Positions 59,653 through 64,000 of a stretch of DNA of 64,000 nt are shown here, piece after piece (within the stretch, counting starts at the first letter, position 1; every line of letters begins with the position of its first letter). The DNA comes from Mobula hypostoma (taxonomy: Eukaryota), in assembly GCF_963921235.1 (NCBI RefSeq), contig NC_086097.1, positions 130,450,001 through 130,514,000 on the forward strand. Reading direction: 5' to 3'. Under the pieces are notes generated by a model, which was not told the origin of the DNA, did no database searches, and saw only the letters and a program-made list of their open reading frames with translations. The translations under genes were made by a program, and so were the position numbers.

Positions 59653-60417
59653 ATCGTATTGATAATGTGGCCTCACAAACATGTTGCATTTCTTTCCCTG
59701 AAGGACGTTAGTGAACCAGACAGGATTTTACAACAGACTAGTAGTTTTATACACAGCATTTCTGAGATCAACATAAAAAAAATTCCAGCTTTAATTAATT
59801 AGTTGAATTTAAACTCCCCAGCTACTGTAATGGGATTTGAATTCACATCTCTGGATCAATGACTCAGCACTTTAAGCACTAGCCAAGTAACTTAATACAC
59901 ACTGCTCCTTTATCCAGAAATTCTATGGTAATAATGCAGCTTCCTTCCCATAGGTTCTGTCTACACTTCTTGCTGCCTCAGTAAAGCAGCCAGCATAATT
60001 GGAAACTCCACCCACTCTGACATTCACTCTTCCCTCCCCTCCCATCAGACAGAAGATACAAATGCTTGAAAGCACATAGCACAAGACTCAAGAACAGCAC
60101 CTATCCGGCTGTTATAATACTATTGTACGGATTTTTTATATGACAAGATGGACGCTTGACCTCACAATCTATCTCAACAGGGCCTCACACCTTATTGTCT
60201 GCCTGCACTGCACTTTCCCTGTAACTGTAACACTATATTTTGTATTCTGTTACTGCTACCTTGATGCACTGATGCAATGAAATTATCTGTATGGAGAGCA
60301 TGCAAAACAAAGCTTTTTACTGACAATCATAAACCAAATGAATTTACCATCGTAATACCTATAATTTACAACAGTTGAGAGGCATTAGAACAAGCCCATC
60401 TTATTAAGAAGACTCAC

Positions 60418-60473
60418 AGGTTTAAAGAACTCCTTGTCCGTCTTTGCTTCAGTCTCCCATAAATGATGTCCAT
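60418..60473 (-). CDS. NFATC1: NFATC1 coding exon, 56 nt (Rel-homology region, IPT/TIG part): (D)GHHLWETEAKTDKEFFKP
   Basis: Minus strand reads tccccAG|AT GGA CAT CAT TTA TGG GAG...AAA CCT|GTgagt. The peptide matches recalled human NFATC1 DGHHVWEMEAKTDRDLCKP. It ends in phase 0, compatible with the next exon. Confidence 0.93.
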
Positions 60474-60939
60474 CTGGGGAAGAAATAAAATAAAAATTAT
60501 TATTTTTATTTGTGATGCTTTCTCCCTTTAGTTTTATACTCCCGGAGATGTTATGAACAGTGAAACTCCAGTTATCTGGCATCTGATTGGAAATCCTAAT
60601 CGTTTAGTCCCCGGCTCGCTCACTGATCTGGCACTAGCAGTGTCAATGCACTTGACCAGAGGTCCACACTGAAGCTTAAGCTGAGGTTCAAACTGTGGCC
60701 AGGTTGGTGTTTGGAATACCAGGGGTCAAGTATGTGGTACCTTTGAGGCTGGGGCCAGGATCTGGAGCGCTTGCATATTTTCTGCTCCATTTCAATTCAC
60801 TGAAAAATTCTTTATACTACCATTTAACATTTAAAGAGTGACACGAATGTATGTTTGAGTACCTTTGAATAGTCTAGAATATCTGCTAATCACTGATTAA
60901 CAAACTCCAAAGAGTGCCACGTTATTGGGGTTTGAATAG

Positions 60940-61285
60940 AATCATATATATAGCATAGTTACAGGCCCTTCGGCCCATCATGCTGACCATGAACCATCCA
61001 TGTACCGTGACTCTACATTTATCCCGTTTTTATTTATTGTCCCCATACTCTCATCAGCTCACCCCAGATTCCGCTCCCCCCCCACCGACCCACTCACTAG
61101 GGGACAGTCTGCACTTAGGCTGCCGGCCTGCACAGCTTTGGGATGTGGGAAGAAACTGAAGCAGCAGGGGAAAATCCACAGAGTCACAGGGAGGGTCTGC
61201 AAACTCCACATAGGCAGAGAGTGTCAGAGAGCAGGACTGAACCAGGTCACTGGAGCCCGACGAACTGTGTCACTGAGCTGCCTTT
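60940..61285 (-). mobile_element. V-SINE-like copy
   Basis: Minus strand aggcagctcagtgacacag...gacctggttcagtcctg...gtggagtttgcagaccctccctgtgactctgtggattttcccc. Confidence 0.65.
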
Positions 61286-63085
61286 TACTATTGGTAAAAT
61301 ATTAAGAGAGAAGATTGTTAGTTTATTTTGTGGAATGTTTGATACAAGTATTATACACTGCTCATGTCAATTGCCAGCATGCACCTTAAATGTCCTGAAT
61401 ATAAATCTTTACTATATCATCTGCCTTCACCATCTCATGAAGACTTGATAGAATCCCATCCACTCACTTTCATAGCACCATTCGGACTTGAAATCTTCTT
61501 TACTTAAATGAGCTTTATTTGCGCAATTTCTGCTGATCATGCTGTACTATCCTTGCCAAACAAGAAAGGGGCATATAGTGACTTTTTTTCCTTTAATGTA
61601 CTTATCAGCACATCATGAGTTATGCACCATTCAGAAATAAAATGGCTGGCTGTGCAGTAGTGGAATTGTTCTTGATTACTCTCCCAGGGCAATCGTTACT
61701 ATTACCGCCAGATTACACACAACATTGTAACATGATATGTACAGTGACTATTGTTTATTTCTTCATTTGTAAAAATAAATAGATTAATTATTTTACTTCT
61801 GTTGAAGAATTGCAGCTTTGAGTTCCAGTTTTACAACTAGATAATTAAGCTCTTCCCGAGTGTAAGTGTTTGCAGATGAAGGCTTTCAAATGAGCCCATT
61901 AAACCAATAATGCAAATCCAGTCTATTCAAGTTGCGTATAATTAATTGTTTACATGAGACTTAAGTCCCTACCTGAGTCTGTAAGAAACCTGTAAATATA
62001 AAATGCATTTGGCACTTCTTCCGATTTCCCTCCTCTGCTGAAGGGGCACATTATCAAGTGTCCTCCTCGTGGGGACAGCACACAGGAAGTGTAGAAATGA
62101 AGTCCTCCACTCACTGTACCATCTGCCCTCTGGGTAGCACAACTGTCATTATTAGTGAGGTCTCTCTTGATACAGCAGCCGAGGTATAGCATCTGCCTAA
62201 CTCCTGTAAAGGACTTGTGATGACTTAATCACAGCCCTACTAAGAACACAGAGACACCAACAAGACCTTGAAGCTTTGGTACTTGGATCATGCACAGCCC
62301 ACATGTTGCTTGACAGTAGATACTCAGCAACCTAAGCAGTGGTGCCTATAAAGGCTGCTAAGCAACCAGATCACTGCAGAGACAGACACACAAAAAAGTC
62401 ATGCAGACTCTCCTGTGCAAGAGCAAGTGTGTCTAGATCATATGCTCAAAAAATCTCTGCATTTAACTACTAAACCTTGAGCAAATAGTACAGTCTCCTA
62501 CTGGCACTTTTGATGCTCCACTCTGGCTCTCTAGCTACTGTGTTACACTGGGCATGCATTAATTGAGTGGTAGGTGGGGAACCTGTTCTATCAGAACAGG
62601 CAGCTGGAGTTCAGTGCAACCAGAGCTCGTTAGAGTTGAACTGGCTAATTGCCAGTGCTAATCTTACTACTTTGAGGCAGCTTGCCAATTGTAAACGCGG
62701 GAAATCCGGCAAGATGGTCATGTCTTAAAAGCAGCCTGAAACTCCTTAAAGGAGAAGGGCAACTTGCAATTCAGGTTTATACAAAATGAATGTGACGTTT
62801 CTTGGGGGCCCATAAATATCCAAAGGAGCTTGTAAGGTATATTCAGAGTGATAGGAAACAGGAAAGAGAGCTTCTTCATCTCTGATCAACAATGGTTTGC
62901 TTTTCAGATCTTGGGAACAAGTGAGAATAATGGATCTCAATATTTGCACAGCTGTGCACCACCCTATTTTAACCTCAGCACTGCTAAACTTTCTCTTCCT
63001 TTATCTCTCCCCACACATAACAAGACACTTCACTATGCCTCCATCTGAATATCACCCTTCCTCACCCAATTCCACCTATCGCTTG

Positions 63086-63975
63086 TGTGACAAGAATACA
63101 CATAGATTAAGATGTTAGCTGTCCTGTGCTGGCACCAGTGGGATCAGCAGTTGGTCTGCCACCTGTCTTCAGGAGAGAGAGAGATAAGGAAAACAATGGA
63201 GCAGCATTTGGAGATGTTAATGAAGGGACGGGAGACAGTAACGGAAGGAGAGCTGTCAAGATCGGCACCCCCTTTGAACCCTGAACTGTTTGAAGTGATG
63301 GACAGGCGATACCCCAGCGGGGGGATAAAAAGGGACAGGTTTGCTAAGGCAAGACACACACGACACCCCGAGGTAACGAGACCCTGGAAGCGGTGCGTCT
63401 CCCACAAGTCGGTGGGAAGTTTTGGACGGCTGGTCACGGGACAAGCCATAGACGCACAGGGTAGAAAGGCACAATCGGCGAGAACCTGGTGTGTGTCCAC
63501 CCTTGCCTGGGTGCCAGGTTCACCGCAGAGAAACCATCGTATCTGGAAACGGAGGGGTCACAGTCGGTGACCTCAGATGACATCACAAAGGACTCGCCCG
63601 AAAGCTGACTGCGAAGGTCTGTGTGGAAGCCGTTTGAATATTCATTCGTTTTGCTCTCTCTCTCCTTCCCCCCACTGTCCTTCTCCCACGGCAGCGATTA
63701 CTGCGAACTGAACTGAACTAAATTGAACTGAACTTTGCATCACTTTGAAACTGGTCATTTACCCCTAGACAACGAAAGAGCTTGATTGATCCTGTTATCT
63801 TAATTCTGTGTACATGTGTGTTTATCATTGCTGAACTGTTGCATTTATTATCCTTTTGATTAGAGTACTGTGTTGCTTGTTTCTTTAATAAAACTTTCTT
63901 AGTTCTAGTAATCCAGACTCCAACTGAGTGATCCATTTCTGCTGGTTTGGCAACCCAGTTACGTGGTACGTAACA
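63086..63975 (+). mobile_element. 5' LTR (890 bp) of an LTR retrotransposon or ERV continuing beyond the window
   Basis: TGTGAC...GTAACA ends, CpG-rich, TATA-like GATAAAAAG near 63324, AATAAA at 63887-63892, followed by a PBS-like sequence. Confidence 0.8.
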
Positions 63976-63979
63976 TAAG

Positions 63980-63998
63980 TGGGGTTCTCGTCTGTGAT
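63980..63998 (+). promoter_or_regulatory. Degenerate tRNA-Pro primer-binding site
   Basis: TGGGGTTCTCGTCTGTGAT versus the tRNA-Pro complement TGGGGGCTCGTCCGGGAT, 4 nt after the LTR end. Confidence 0.7.
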
Positions 63999-64000
63999 TT

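Noticed and set aside
60474..60582. ORF 60385..60582 as a standalone gene
   Set aside because: Only 60418-60473 matches NFAT and is bounded by splice sites; the rest is intron.
63112..63570. 152 aa ORF
   Set aside because: Lies inside the LTR and has no gag or env motifs.

Overview
Eukaryotic (vertebrate) genomic DNA, repeat-dense and with no prokaryotic features. The repeat content (HE1/V-SINE-like and Deu-domain SINEs, CR1, Rex1/Babar, Penelope-like elements) suggests a cartilaginous fish, probably a ray; this is an inference. The whole window lies inside one minus-strand gene, NFATC1. Three coding exons are present, all with AG/GT boundaries and compatible phases: 60473-60418 (56 nt), 54169-54037 (133 nt) and 13799-13110 (690 nt). 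They are separated by 6.2 kb and 40.2 kb introns. The upstream exons and the last exon were not found in the window. The introns hold many layered mobile elements. Most notable are: (1) a family of 115-200 bp inverted-arm Penelope-like mini-insertions with 11-14 bp target-site duplications (TSDs), one carrying an intact minimal type I hammerhead ribozyme at 58792-58827; (2) a young 5'-truncated L1 with an open ORF2 and a 15 bp TSD nested inside one of these; (3) an R4/Dong-type element in a (TAA)n tract; (4) a young LTR followed by a tRNA-Pro-like primer-binding site; and (5) sequence hints about NFATC1 C-terminal isoform evolution. Family names come from motif recall without database searches. 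Boundaries of old repeats are approximate.
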